This document shows, piece after piece, positions 39,101 to 52,926 of a DNA stretch of 64,000 nt. Position 1 is the stretch's first letter; every line of letters starts with the position of its first letter. A program made the position numbers and the translations under genes. The notes under the pieces were generated by a model. The model was not told the origin of the DNA. It saw only the letters and a program-made list of their open reading frames with translations, and made no database searches. Location: positions 1,798,180-1,862,179 of the forward strand of contig JAQGDQ010000005.1 of NCBI GenBank assembly GCA_030141605.1, written 5' to 3'. This DNA comes from Tubiluchus corallicola. Taxonomy: Eukaryota; Animalia; Priapulida.

Positions 39101-42100
39101 AACTTTTGCAGATGTAAAACGTGCGGACAGAAAAGTCTGTGTGTGTGTGTGTGAGCATGCGCGTTTGTGAGGGCGCAGTGGAAACACGCCTTGGGTGTTC
39201 AGCAAAAATCATCACAGTTGGTACAGGTGGCAGTGCACACTCAATAGAGAGACAATGGGCATTTTTATTCAAATTTGAAAGGTATAGTGCAGTGGTTCCC
39301 AAACTTTCTCGGACCGTTACCCAAATCGGGAAACCCGGTCGTGTCCATTACCCCCCACCTAGTACTACTTCTCCGTAAAATGCATTCCGAGCGAAGTTTT
39401 AAAAATTTTCAGAGGGGTGCCTGTTACCCCCCAAAAAACCATATTACCCCCGGGGGGTAATTTACCCCTACTTTGGGAACCACTGGTATAGTGATTCGAA
39501 TAATTTTTTACAAGTTTGCTTACAAACAAGCTCTGTATTTATTCACCCTATTTCAGTTTAGAAAAGGCCCTAGAAACTCAGCATTATATCTGTTCTGTAG
39601 TCCTGGGCAAAGATTTGGTGCCTCGGCTGGGAATTGCTAGCATGGAAGACTTTAAACTAAAGTTACTGCGTGCCCTCTATAACTGTGATAAACCTAAGGT
39701 TAGTTGTATTATAATTGTAAGAACGTAATGTTAGGGATGATAGGAACTAATTTCTTGTGTAAGATTATCTGTTATACCTTGGGTATACAGATAGATATAT
39801 AATGGATAAATAGAGTTTAATGAGTCATTGCACTTTCTTTTAAAACAAACGAAAAGGACTTTTTAAATCAGAAATGAACGGTAATTTTGGGATTAGAAAA
39901 AGGTTGGCATTATAGCGAGTTTGGCATCGGAACGAGGTGCGTTAATGCATATATGTCTATGCAAATATAATCATTTTGTTTTTCTAAAAATTTGCATATT
40001 AAACGTGGTTGGCATTATAAAGGGGGGGCGCTATAATGAGGTTTTGACTGTATTATTGAATCTTTTGTGCACACTGCATATCTTGTCATTTTCCGTGCGT
40101 CACATTTCTTTGATGAACCGCTAAGTTATTATAATGCCAAATGCTTTACTCGAATATAGTTAATTCACATTTTCTATTAACTTATGTCGGATCTGAGTCT
40201 CACTGGGTTCATACAGTCATAACCCATATTCCACCCAAGTAGTAGCGAAATCTTTTGTAGTCAGATATTAAGTATCTGTGTTTTAATTCTAGTACCGAAT
40301 TCTAATGAGTGGTGCTTGGTGCGCTTTGTTTGGCGTATCTGCATTTGATACCCAAACTGACAGTGAACCCACTACAGCATCTCCTAGTCCAAACAATGAA
40401 CACTCTCTGCTGTGTGATAGGACCAATGCTTTATTGGGATCAACTGTTGAGGTAACAAAACTATACTCTGTTTTGGTGTTAACATTTATAAGAGCTTTCA
40501 TTGTCGTTGCTATTTCGTTTTTGATAAAATCACATGCTCAAGTCCAATTATACATTTTTACAGAATGTTAAATGGCATTAAAATAACATGTCTCAGTATT
40601 CGTGCTGCTATTATTGTTTTTTTTTGTAGGAAGCATTAGCAGAAGCTGCATTAATTAGCAGCAGATCTCGTTTAACACATGAACGACTTTACCCGCCTGG
40701 CAGAATACTGCATATAGTTGAAACAACATTTCCAAGGTACAGTATAGAATATAGATCATCACTATTTATTCAATGCAAATACTTAGAATGCCACTGTAAA
40801 CATTCTAAATCTTTAGTATTAATTGATGTGGATATCCACAACTGATCCATTCATTAATTCTAACATTAATAAAAGACTTTGTTAAGATTAAAGTTCTTAT
40901 AATCAGGTTTATAATCATAACTCTGAAAGGAACACCATTATAGCGGACGTGGTTTATTGCATACACACAGATAATGCGAGCTTACAAAAAGAACAAACTT
41001 TCTTCATTCATTTAACCAATACAATAGCTTTGAATACAGTGTACTTGGTTATTGAACATTACGAATTTTTTAACGGGCTGCACTGCCTGTGTTACTACGT
41101 ATTTGTAAGCGTTTATTGCGTACATTATCTTTGTCTGCCATTTACAAATTAATTTACATTAAAACTTAACCTCCATACGTGGTACAGCAAAAACGTCACT
41201 GAGCATGCAGCATGCGAAGTTGTGAACATGTCATGTTCAAAGATCATTTTGTCTACTAGCTGTGTAAAAACAAGGAATCATTCAGCAGCTGGCACCCAGC
41301 TGTTTTATAACAAGTTGTAGTCGGCAACATAAGTACATTGGCAGGACAGTGAGTGCAGTTTTGAGATGTTTTGTCAAGTGATGAAAACTCTACTGCCGTT
41401 ACTTTGTTGTAAAAACTTTTTAATACAAGAGACAAACAAAAATTTTGTGCAACAAATTTTACCGACTTTTTGAATCTCATTAACTTTACTGGACATGTAC
41501 ATGTAATTTTGCAACTGAATGTGTTTATGCATTTTAATATGAAACGTTCGTTAATTTAATTTATTGAGGTTGAATATACTGTACAAAGTAATCGATACTT
41601 AATAGAGTCTTCTAAAAGTACATTATGCCCTCTATGAAGCCACAGATTGTATATTGTTCATGCACTATATAATTATTAATACAGATCTAGTAGACCCTAG
41701 CAGGTTCGCTATAATGATGTTATATTGTACAAGATTTTGGCTTATCAACACAAGCCTGCAACAGAATATAGCCTGTATTTATTACCACTTTCAAGTGTTT
41801 AGTTTTCTTGTATTGGTACACTTAAAAATGCAGAATTGGCGTGCCAGTTACTACCATTTAAGGGAAACTGAAGTTAGATATACATTATGTAGTTTTCCTT
41901 AAATAGTGGTCATTGAGACTACTTCTTAATTTGCAAGCTCTTCTGAGTCTTACTCAAGGTCAGTGGCGGCTCGTGTATGGGCATTGTGGAACTACAGCAC
42001 TCTCTGTTTTCACTCGATATTATCAATAACATTCAATATAATGAGTCTTTTTCTTTAATTCTTTCTTTATACTTGTACATACTTATAAATCCTTGTATGG

Positions 42101-42619
42101 AACCACAGCATGTGACGGAACTGTACGCTTCACAGTTCCAGCTATGCAGTGTTTGGCTGTTATGCGCATGTGCGCATGTTCAAGATAAGCTGGGCGCTAG
42201 CTAGAGAGAGCACTATCGCTCATGCAGAGCCGACCCTGCTGTGCAAAAAGCGTTTCTTTTTGACTCAGCGTGTGTTGTGCGAGATATATCTGCGAAAATA
42301 CCTTTAATATCTGCGGAAATTTGTTTGCAAATTGTGAAAAAAGGAGTCATTAGTGAAATTGTTAAAGTAAACCAGTTAAGTTAATATTATTTGCAATATA
42401 ACAGTAAAGTTTATATTTTTACTATAATTCTCATTGATTTATAGCAACTCTCAGTATAAAGCTGTGTGGGCGGAAACACAGGACTTCCAAGATATACAGG
42501 TTAATGCTACAATGCTCTTAGATCATTTACCGAGTGCTGTTTATGGTGCACTTCAACAACTTGTAGACAGAAAAGCACAAATTGTATCAGGTGCTGACAT
42601 GCTCGCAATGGAGTTGTAA
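30195..42619 (+). CDS. DAGLB: sn1-specific diacylglycerol lipase beta-like, 14 coding exons, about 689 aa
   Basis: Exons: 30195-30289, 30723-30876, 31300-31501, 31824-31968, 32958-33048, 34036-34325, 34460-34586, 36241-36324, 36864-37034, 37354-37481, 39557-39698, 40293-40451, 40630-40736, 42445-42619 (2070 nt). Motifs [21 protein letters not shown], four TM helices, [40 protein letters not shown] and MLLDHLP. Lacks the long DAGLA tail. Confidence 0.9.
33200..33912. mobile_element. hAT-type non-autonomous element in DAGLB intron 5
   Basis: Imperfect TIR TAGAGG..GAGCTG / CAGCTTCAGCCTCTA; TSD GTTATTAC / GTTATAAC (7 of 8 match); subterminal CAGCTGA repeats at both ends. Confidence 0.7.
38080..39191. 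mobile_element. Harbinger/PIF-like non-autonomous element in DAGLB intron 10
   Basis: About 20-bp TIR AGCCGCGTTTCCACTGCGCC ... GGCGCAGTGGAAACACGCCT (2 mismatches); no transposase ORF seen. Confidence 0.65.
39290..39485. mobile_element. hAT/Charlie-like MITE, copy 1 (196 bp)
   Basis: TIR CAGTGGTTCCCAAA...TTTGGGAACCACTG; perfect TSD GTATAGTG. Confidence 0.93.
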
Positions 42620-44393
42620 AGACGAGTGAACATTATCAAAAGTTCCGCAGCTAAATGTATACAAAACTTGTGCAGATCTGTGATTAGATGGTTTCAGATG
42701 TTAAGCGAGGTTTATCCAAAATCTATTTACCGTTAGATGGTCAAGTAAACAGTGTTTCGAGTTTGTTAGAACATGTTCAAGGCGTTCACTTACACAATAC
42801 ATTGATTACGCAATATGAAAGTCTCTGTGTTAAGTAATGAACATCGGTTACGCAATACTAGTTTACGAAATATCGACATTGTGTACGTATATATGTTGAC
42901 TCTGTCTGAGTCAAGTCTGAGTTTTAGTGCCTTTAACTAAAATGGTTTGTTCAATATAATGTACTGCAGTATTATTTATTCATATTGTGTGTGAGGTATT
43001 TAACAATTATTATCATGGTCAGTTTTGTTATTAAATTATTATTATTTTTTATACACGAATTTGTCCTTATATCGACAGCAATTTGTCCTTCTCAGTGCGT
43101 TTCAGTTAGACCACATAATCATTAGGGTAATGAAATACAATTTAATCAATAGAAGAATAACTTAAACTATCCAGAAATTGACACTAATTTCATAAGAGAA
43201 CAAACCTGAATCCATTGAGAAAACAAGTATAAGAAAAGAAGTTCAATGGAGAAACAGGTAACTTATCATAATCACTAATTGGAAGCTACTCTGTGTGATA
43301 ATCTCATTTTGCTATCATATTGTTAACTCACTGTATTACTTTGGTTTGAGCCTGTTAAAACATTAATTTGACATGTACTGAGCTGAACTTATCTTACATT
43401 GTTTGCATGATTTATTTGTCTATAGTCTAACTTATCTTCAACTTTATGTGATTTAGCTCTCTGACGTATGTGACAATAGACTTCCAAGCCTTTAAAAATG
43501 AAATAGTAAAAATCACTGTTAATAATAAAGGTCTTTACTCTTTATCTTAGTCTTTTAATCTAGTTCTTCATCATTAATCAAGCCTTGCAGTTATTTGAAA
43601 TTTGAGTGGGTACCAGTGCCATGTTATAGATCAAGTAAGCATACTATATTACGATTTTTCTAATAAAGATCGCATAAATGAATATTTATGCTGTATTCTG
43701 ACTCAAAACTTACAACATTTTTAGTAATGTCTAGTTTATCAACTACTTTTAATTAAAAGTTTGCCCGGATATAGGCGTGGCAATAATAATTCAGTGAATG
43801 ACTTCTCTGCAGTTTTTATTTTTAAGGAAATGGCTTCTTTGTACCTATTTGTAGACTAATTATGGATAACAAATTCGTGTAAAAATATTGTAATACTGTT
43901 TATTCTGAGGCGTCTTTTGTACATCCTATCGCAGAACTTCTGTGTTAATACATAAATTACTTGTTGTGAATGCTTTCCTGTTAGTGAGTTTAACTGTCAG
44001 ACAGGACTACCTTTAAGTCAACTATTACATTATTGCATCAATGCATCTAAGGCTAGTTTACAGCTTTCTTTATATTAAACTAATTGGATTAATAAATTAG
44101 TAATAACTGTTTAAGTAGCTAAAATATAATGTAGCTAGGTAAAAAAACATAGTAGTGACTCTTAGTATAGACAGCTATTAAAATTTTTAATCTTAGTCTT
44201 GTTAACATCTGTTTACTGAAAGTAAAACTATACTGCTTGCGAATATGATTATAATTGTTATGATTGCACCAGTACTGAATCTGTAATTACCACAATAATA
44301 TAACTTAAATTACGTAAAATTATATTTCAGAGAAATTAATTAATAACAGACACACACACACAATTACTAAACGAATTTCTCTTGTGCTTTTTA

Positions 44394-45050
44394 CTAAATG
44401 TGGAAATGCTCTTGAAATGGCCGTATAAAGTTGAGGCAGACTTCTGCAGAAAGCCAAAACGTATCCATAATCACGTATTCTAGTATTCCGATAACCACTC
44501 CACATACCACGTCAAAGAAATGGTGCCTACCCAACAGCAGGCGTGAAAGGCATACTGCTGCTGCCCATGTAGTGACAAAAGTTCCGTATGTGTGCAGTGG
44601 TGTCCGCAGTAGTAAAATGCACGTAGTTAATGCTGCACGTGTTGCATGTCCTGATGGAAAAGAATAGTTGTCAATTGAAACTGTAAAGAACATATCTGGT
44701 GAGTTGGCATCAGGCCGCTTTCGACGAAATATCAATTTTAATATTGCCACAATAAGTAAATCTACTACAAGTGCTAATAGAAGATTTACTAATATTTGGA
44801 AACTCTCTGCACGATGTGATATTGCTAGTCCTGCTATGCACCCTATGATCCATGGAATGCCATGGCCAGAAAACTCTAAAAATTTCATTAGTGGACGCAA
44901 TGATCCAAATGATGACGTTTTTTCAGCACAGATGCTGAGAGTGCTTGAAAGTGCCCTGTCAATCATTGACAACATCTTGAGGGAAGATCCATCACCAATC
45001 GTAAAACATCTCATTAATACTGGTTTATCACTAGTGGTCACCATCTTCAT
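44394..45050 (-). CDS. PLPP6: PAP2-family phospholipid phosphatase 6-like (presqualene/polyisoprenoid diphosphate phosphatase), intronless
   Basis: LEFSGHGIPW, C1 KLIFRRKRP, C2 YSFPSGHATR and C3 SRLLLGRHHFFDV. First ATG at 45050 or 45044; the ORF-track start is a TTG. Confidence 0.87.
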   Translation of the reverse strand: MKMVTTSDKPVLMRCFTIGDGSSLKMLSMIDRALSSTLSICAEKTSSFGSLRPLMKFLEFSGHGIPWIIGCIAGLAISHRAESFQILVNLLLALVVDLLIVAILKLIFRRKRPDANSPDMFFTVSIDNYSFPSGHATRAALTTCILLLRTPLHTYGTFVTTWAAAVCLSRLLLGRHHFFDVVCGVVIGILEYVIMDTFWLSAEVCLNFIRPFQEHFHI

Positions 45051-45489
45051 CTTGTATATTTTCAACTAGCATAAACTAAACACCTTTGGAGTTTGTTCTA
45101 CTAGCTGCTCATTGTTTTAGTAAGTTTATTAATCACAGTATTATTTTTAAGAACACTTGAGGTCTATTTTGTATTGCTATCTTTTTTATCTTTGCTAGTC
45201 TAATCAAAATTAACAGTGCAATTAATTAAATTCAAACACGTAACATCTTCATTAATGTTATATTAGTATTATTACAGTACACGGTTGCCACAATACCTGA
45301 TACCACAACAAAAAAGTCTAGTTCATTACCACACAGTCACTCAATGTTGATTATCGAGCAAAGCTGTCGTGTGAAAATCCTGCCTTTGCGTTTACATTTG
45401 TAGAAATAAATTTAGATCACTGTGCTAAATAAACCACTCATAGTACAAAGTATCAAGTACAAAACGACTATTCACAATATCGTGAACTT

Positions 45490-45605
45490 ATTTTGGGCGC
45501 CATTTGGCGCACTAGTCAGTGCACCGCACAGTGCGGTACGTGGTCTTGCTCATATACCGCATGCGTAATTTGCGCCAATAGAAACTGAGGTTTGCTGAGC
45601 TGCGT
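45490..45605. promoter_or_regulatory. GC-rich candidate promoter for PLPP6, possibly bidirectional
   Basis: CpG-rich patch in AT-rich DNA with CGCCATTT (YY1-like) and CGCATGCG (NRF1-like) motifs. A + strand donor CAG|GTGAGA at about 45964 could end a non-coding first exon. Confidence 0.35.
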
Positions 45606-46860
45606 AAAAAACATGCATAGTGTTTTCCATTTATTTATATTTTAAATTTACTTTAATTATCTATTTAAATATAATATATATATTATATTATAATAAATAT
45701 ATATATATATTAATTATATTTACTTAAAGTGTATTTTAAATTTATTTTATTTATTTATTTAATTAATTATTTTAATACTTTAATTATCAATTTTGAGCCA
45801 CTAGTACGAGCATTGAGCAATTGGTTTCCAGGGCTAATATTTTTTAATTTCTCAAGTCTAAAAAGATCCACTCTTTTGGCCTAATTGTAGGTAATAATAA
45901 ATATAAAATTTTGTTAGAATCTTGTTTGAATTTTGCCTCGCTTTGCTTCACCATGTATGAGCAGGTGAGATATCTACATCTCTATTAAACATTTTTCCTT
46001 GCAGTGCGGCATAACGGGTTGACGAGCCATTTATAAGTATTTTGTAATGTAAGTGCTGTTGCTTAGCCAATACTGCTAAGGTTTTACCACCTAATCATTT
46101 TCTGTAGAATTTATGGTATACTTTACGGGTTATTTGTAGTGTCTTTAGTTGCCTTTCTAAGTACTATGTTGCCTGTTGGATTTATTACCCATGCTATCAG
46201 ACTGCGATATGTTAATATCCTGTAATCATAATGATAGCTTATGTACTTATCTGCAATTTTAGAAAATAGTTATTATTTGGCCGTATTAAAATTTTGTTAT
46301 GTGATACTCTGAATCGATTTAATGTTTTAACTTTAAGAAGCCTATAAGGAGATGCTGCCACCTCTCTGAAGTCATTGTGAACGAGTGAATGTAAATAGCG
46401 GATATATAACATTTTCTGTTGTAAACAAAGGTTTTTTTTTCAATACAATTTGCATATATGTATGCTTGTATCAGATTGTTAAAAATTGCATAATTTTTAT
46501 TCTTCAGTGTATCCATACATTATATTTACGTTTGTTATATATTTTACAATATATATTTCATAAAATATATTTCATAAAACATAAAATATAAATATACAAT
46601 ACATAAAATATATATATAAGTAGTCTTTAGTACAAAATGCCGGAATTAATAATAATATTATTATAAATAAAATATTGCATTATTGTAATTATACGGAAGG
46701 CAGATAAGATAAATAATTCAAGTCTTAGATTGATTAGATCACTGAATTCTACATTGCATATAGTAGATAAAACAGCATTAAGTGCAAACGGCACAACACT
46801 TTACAAGGAAATGAGCCCGAAATTATGGAGTCCCCTAAAGGGACATAAGGAAAAAAATTT

Positions 46861-47150
46861 AGTCATTTCCCCGAGTTACTAAGTCGTTCCTCTGAGTTCT
46901 GAAGTCGTTCCCCCAAGTTACTAAGTCGTTTCCCCAACTTACTAAGTCGTTCCCGCGAGTTAGTAAGACGTTCCCCGAGCTACTAGTCGTTTCCCTGAGT
47001 TATTAAATCGTTCCCCGAGTTACCAAGTCGTTCTCCCGAGTTATTAAGTCGTTCTCCCGAGTTATTAAGTCGTTCCCCGATCGAGTTACTAACTCGTTTC
47101 CCCGAGTTACTAGCTCATTCTCCTGAGTTATTAAGTCTTTCCCCGCGTTA
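46861..47150. repeat. Minisatellite, about 14 units of 20-21 bp (AAGTCGTTCCCCGAGTTACT)
   Basis: Head-to-tail degenerate units with no unique spacers. Confidence 0.9.
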
Positions 47151-47509
47151 ATGATTAAAGTTGCCTGTGCGCCTTGTTAATTCTTGGAAATGCTTCTTGT
47201 GTGGGCAGGCGTTATTTTCATCTAATGCTTGCTTTCCGTCAAACTCTGCCAATAGCTATTCAACAAGGGGTGTCAGTCAAATTATGGCGCCATTATGCAT
47301 ACGTGCTTTGCTGTCTACTGGCTAACTTAGGCTTGAACAATTAAAAAAATGAAAAATTGGAAAAGAATGTGTTAAAAGTTTGGATGAAGAAATATCTACA
47401 GCGAGGAATTGAAAGAGGCAGTTGCAGCTTGATTTTTAGATTTAAATGTTGAGGTGTCGCGTGACCTTTTCAATTATGTGCGTATACTGCAATATTTGAC
47501 TATTTATTG

Positions 47510-47706
47510 CAGTGGTTCCCAAACTTTCTCGGACCGTTACCCAAATCGGGAAACCCGGTCGTGTCCATTACCCCCCACCTAGTACTACTTCTCCGTAAAA
47601 TGCATTCCGAGCGAAGTTTTAAAAATTTTCAGAGGGGTGCCTGTTACCCCCCAAAAAAACCATATTACCCCCGGGGGGTAATTTACCCCTACTTTGGGAA
47701 CCACTG
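47510..47706. mobile_element. hAT/Charlie-like MITE, copy 2 (197 bp)
   Basis: Same TIR as copy 1; perfect TSD ATTTATTG; differs from copy 1 only by one A in a homopolymer as read by eye. Confidence 0.93.
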
Positions 47707-50700
47707 ATTTATTGCAAGAAGTTCAGTTTAACTAGCCTGCATAGCACACTTACAGTACTGTCGCAAATTGTTTAGTTGAGGGTAGAAAACAATACAGTAA
47801 AATTAAAGTTTCTCTTTGTAAGCAAAATCAAAATCTCCTTTGTATTACCACTGTTTCTAGCCTCCAGATTCCGAGACAACCGACATTCAACAATGCTGAT
47901 CGTCGAATATTTATACCACTTGCTGAATTAATAGTGACAAAATTCCCGGGTCCCCGCGCGAAAATGAACAGTCGTTATGAAGTGACGGATTGGTTGTTGG
48001 ATCTGAGTTTGTCGGTTTTTGTTTGATGAATTTCAAGACGGTTTGATACCATTAAACTTTGTCTGTCAAACTAGAAGCTTGTCAGTTTCGCTGTTTACAC
48101 GATCAATTTGACGAAAACAAAAACTGATCGTCCAAACGGCTCTTAAGTCACTGTACGTTTATATGCTTTTCACTATTAAATATTCCATATTACTTTATAT
48201 ACAGTGACGGTAATTCCAAGAATTAACATGGCGTATAGCAACATTAATCATTAGCTGGGGGGGGGGGGGGTCGGGGGAACGAGTTAATAACTCGGGGAAA
48301 GACTAAATTTTTTTCTTATTATCTTTAGGGGCTCCGTAATAAATAAAAAACCTCGTCTAAAATTTTGATTAATAATAATAATACGTTTAAAGAAACCCCG
48401 CGCGGTGCATACTGCATGCTACTTGGGTTGCGTATGTATCGCACGTGTTCCAGGTATCTAGCGCGCCAAGCAGCGCCCAACAGCTTAATCACAGCATTCC
48501 AGCTTTGCATATGTTATAATCTCTGCTGTCTGTATAAGAGCATACGCCAGTTAGGTATACTTAGATTAATGTATATTTTTTTACACAAGTTACAATACAA
48601 TACAAAATACAGATGAACAAATATTAGAACTGTTTTTTATAGGGGAAATAAATATCAGGGCAGTCTGTAAGAGTCCTAGATACACTGACCTTATATAACA
48701 TGTGATGGGTTGGCGCGTTGTAAAACAGGGCGTCTTACCATCGTTTTTTATGTAATAATAATAATAATAATAATAATAATTTTTGTAGGTCTATTATAAA
48801 TTTAAATGCTTGTTAAAAAATAATTGTCAGAGAAAAATATGGATGGTAATATAGGTCTAGTAAAAAAAACAATTAATTTGGGATCAGTACTACTTATGCA
48901 TAGTTTAAACTACAGGAAAAACCTAATTTCAAGTTTTTTAAATGTTTGTAAACCAAACATTCTGTTTGCTGGATGATAATGAGGCCAAGTAGAACCATAC
49001 GTTTTCGCATCAGAATATGTCACATAATCTAAACTGCACGAATCTAATCTATATTTTTTTGCCGTTAAAAATAAATGATTTGTAAACAAGAAGGTTTTGT
49101 ATAATCGCGGGTACTGATGAGAATGAGAATTGTTTTAAGCAAATTAAGCCACATGTGAAAAAAAATTGTCAAGACACACACACGTGAGTCTGAGAAAAAG
49201 AAAGTGAAAAACAAAAGAAACCGAAGGAAAGCTAAAGAAAGTTGGTAGAAAAGTTAATTAGACGAACTAGGAGAAAGAGGTTGTTCGTATGTCATATTTA
49301 ATTTTTTTAGCTATTGTTGCCATTTCTTGTGGAAGAGAGTTCCACAATTTAACCTGTATGTTGTAATGTTTTTAATTCGTGTGTTCGTTGTGACACTTGT
49401 AGCAGACCTTGTGCTGTTCTGTGGATATCTTGAATTTTGAGTGAAACAGCTGAGAAAAGCAGTGACAGATCGGGAACATGCATGGTGTGACCGGTAATAA
49501 ACCGGTGGTCACATGAATAAGTCATAATTTTGGCTATGAAAAAGTCACATTTTGGCTGGGTTATAGTTTGTGTTAGTGGTAAGGGTTATTGAGTCAGAGT
49601 TACGGTTGTTTCCTTTTCCTGTGTCTTTTTTCCTTTGACTTTTTTTACCTGTGAATTTTTTCTTGTGACATTTTTACCTGTATTCGGTACATAGCATCAA
49701 ATTATGAATGGTACGTGCTATATTGCGCAACAAAACGAAATACCTACGCAAATTGACCTAAGTTTGTCGGCATTCGGCAATCTCGTCTTGAAGATTTCCG
49801 TTTGTGCTGTGGCTCGCGTGAGTTTATAAAATGCAATCATGCATACGATTATTCATTTCTTGTATATCCAGTTTATCTTTGCTTCGCTCGCTAAATGTAT
49901 AATTGCCGTTAGTGATGTATGACATTAACTGAGGTGAAGGGGGAAAGTTTACAGTTTTATGCTATTTTGGGTAGTAAAGTGTTTTCACGTGAAGGTGGTT
50001 TAGGTCTTTGACAGTGTGATAGCCTTGTAGCTCAGGTAAACCAGTAGCTGGATTTTGAGCGATCAACTCCAACAATATTGCGATATATACGTAATGTTTT
50101 TATCTTTCTGTCAATTGTCTCTTTTTTATTTTTTATTAAATTTTGCGATTAATTGTGTATGTGTAACCGACAATGTCTATTGACTGTAGTCACATAACTA
50201 AGGTGCAAAATTAAAGATCCACGTAATGTGTTTTATGAGTCGATGTTCGTTGTTATTTTGAGTAAAATAATGTTATTCACATTTCAGCTCACAAAAATTT
50301 ACTTCTATAAATTATATTACAAGTTAAAGTTAACTTTTGCAGAATAAACGATGAATGCCAAAAATTTATAACTTGAACATTTATAACCACTTAATTTAAT
50401 TTATTGAGCAAGGGTTAAAAATCCATCGCGAATTGGCAAATCAATTAGCGTGACATAAGAACTTTATTTCACACGTGATAATTTACGGCATGTAATGAAT
50501 ATATGAAGCTAAGGATTTAAGCAATGTGGGGAAAGGGAATGACCATGGCAAAGCAGGAGTACTTAGAAACTGGAGTTACAGGCACTTTCAGTTACGAGAA
50601 ATTCTTCTTCTTGTACATGCAGTTGAAAACAGTTAATTAACCATTGTAGGCATTAAGCATTAGGGTCTGTAGTGTCCTATTATTATAATTGATTTACACA

Positions 50701-51990
50701 GCTAGGTGTGTGTAGGTGTAAGGTCTGCCGATTACTAAGATGTGGGAAACTTTGCTTTACAATTTATGCATTTTTACTGAAAATAAAGTTTACTTGTGTT
50801 TATTCCTTAATCCGATTGTTCCTGCTGTGATATCAAGAGATGGAGGACTTAATGGTTTTTATTTGCACTGGATAAAGTTTCATGCTAGCACGACATTTAC
50901 CAAGTTGAGAGCACAGCTATGTGCTAGAGCCTTCATGAAGTTAACGCATCATCATGAAGAAGAAGAGGACAGTACTGATTACTTTTCTCCCATAAGTGAT
51001 GGGCTATGCTAAAACATTTTAATCCATTACTGCGATGAAGGTCGGTGTTTGTGGTGGGTTTTGATTATGAAAGTACTAATGATGCTGATTATAGTGACTG
51101 ATTATGTTTTTCAAATTCAGACATGCCTAACAGTGTGCACCATACTGAAATTTAAACACCTGCAATCATTAGCAGTCATTAGAAATGACAGTCAATTATA
51201 GGGACCATATAAGTGACTACTATAAGCCAAGGCTTTGTGTTATTGTCAGAAATTATAAGCTATACTAAAATAATTTAAAGCCACATAAAACTGGTTTGCA
51301 TAGTATACTTAATGTTAACAGCCATTAACTCCGTAATTAGTTATGAAGTGGTTCTTGAATACTGGATTTTACAGAACAGGTGCGTGTAAGTTTGCTCAGG
51401 TAGTTTCTCCTTGGAAAACAGTTGTCATGTGATACTTGCTTTCCCGGTCCTCTGTGCACAGTAGGTAGTTGTAGTAACATGTATCATGATAGTGTAAAAT
51501 ACTGAATTAGATAAACTAAAATGTAGTTTATTTACAATTAAACCTTTTAATGTGACATCTAGCCAATTTTGTTGTCTATAATCATGTCTTATATGCAGTG
51601 ATGTGCAATAATTATCGTTTGTCATATAATATTTTAATCTTTGCTTTTGTCATTTTGTTTTTGCAGCCAGGAATGAAATGTAGATCCTACAACAACACTC
51701 AAAGAAAGTAAAAGTTTTAGTAACAGTAGTAGCTACAGTAATCGAACTTATTGATAACATTTAAATTAAATAGAAAACCTTTTCAATCTGATAGCATTAA
51801 AACCATTAAAACAGTAGGTTTTCAATATTGAATTTAATCATGAAATCAGGGACAGTTCTTGGCAGTTATAATAATTTTGGTCTTATGACCAGGATTAAAT
51901 TTTACGTAGATGAGTAATAATACGTAGTCAGATGTATATGGGAGATTAGATTCCTCAATTTTCTACTCAAACGTTATTAAGTTAAAAGTA

Positions 51991-52926
51991 CAGTCAAACC
52001 TCGGTTCATTAGATCCATTTGTGGATCCTGTTCGCTAACTAAATTGTTCGTAAACCAAGTCTATTTTTCCTTTAAGAAATAATGTAAAAATTGCATTAAT
52101 CGTTTATAGATCCACAAAGTTAAGCTTGTATAAATACACACCCAAAGAAACCCATTAATGAAAACTTTAAAACAATCACTTATAATCATTATAAATTTAT
52201 TGTATAGTTAATGAAAGTAAAGTGCAACTGTAATTAAACGTTCTTAAAACTAAAATCTCTATGATCATTTTCACTCAGTGGGCCAAAGAGAGAAAGAGAG
52301 GACAGAAAAATGTCAGAATGTTACCTAGCAGTGGAATGCAAAAGTTGGATTGTTTATCAGACTTCATGCAAAATGAATCTTAATTACAGTTGAGGGTAGT
52401 CACCTGGCATATAAATGCCAGTTAACTGTCATCCTGGAGTTTTTTCATTTTTGTCTCTCTTTGCTATATTAGGACCTTTAGACTCTCTGTCCCACCAAAA
52501 AACTGTCCAGTGGGATTCATTTTTGCCTAAGTTTTAACACCTGCCTGAAGTGAGACATAGCATTGTTATTGGAGTTGTCTACAACCTGGTTTGCTACTTC
52601 TTTTTCAGACATATTTTTCAACAAAACTTAGTAACTCTTACTTCCCAGCCACTTCTTTGATTAGTGAAGTATGAATATCCTATCCTGTCTTCAGTCCTCT
52701 TCCTCTGGAGATATTTTCTCAGCTGCCGTCTGTTACTGGTCCTTTTGAATGTCTTGGGAATTCCTCTGTGGTAAGCTCAGTGTTGTGATCTGTTACTAAC
52801 TCCTCCACATCATCATTGCCCACCTCTAAAACACACATTATGTCTACCATTTGTTGTCTGGATACGTTCGTCAACAGAGACATTTTTTTACTGAACTATA
52901 TGTTCGCGAACCAAATTGTTCGACTG
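51991..52926 (-). mobile_element. Tigger/pogo (Tc1-mariner) internal-deletion derivative with transposase C-terminal remnant
   Basis: TA|CAGTC...GACTG|TA ends. The - strand reads EVGNDDVEELVTDHNTELTTEE and MSHFRQVLKLRQK*IPLDSFLV, resembling TIGD1/Tigger1 C-termini, with stops. Confidence 0.75.

Larger units (their letters stand above)
46824..48338. mobile_element. Non-autonomous long-TIR DNA element with internal minisatellite; hosts a nested MITE
   Basis: Left end TATGGAGTCCCCTAAAGGGACATAAGGAAAAAAATTTAGTCATTTCCCCGAGTTA matches the reverse complement of the right end, TACGGAGCCCCTAAAGATAATAAGAAAAAAATTTAGTCTTTCCCCGAGTTA. A second inverted pair lies at 47149-47189 / 48214-48253. Confidence 0.75.

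Noticed and set aside
46861-47150. CRISPR-like regular repeats
   Set aside because: Units are contiguous with no unique spacers, there are no cas genes, the context is eukaryotic, and the array is part of a TIR element.
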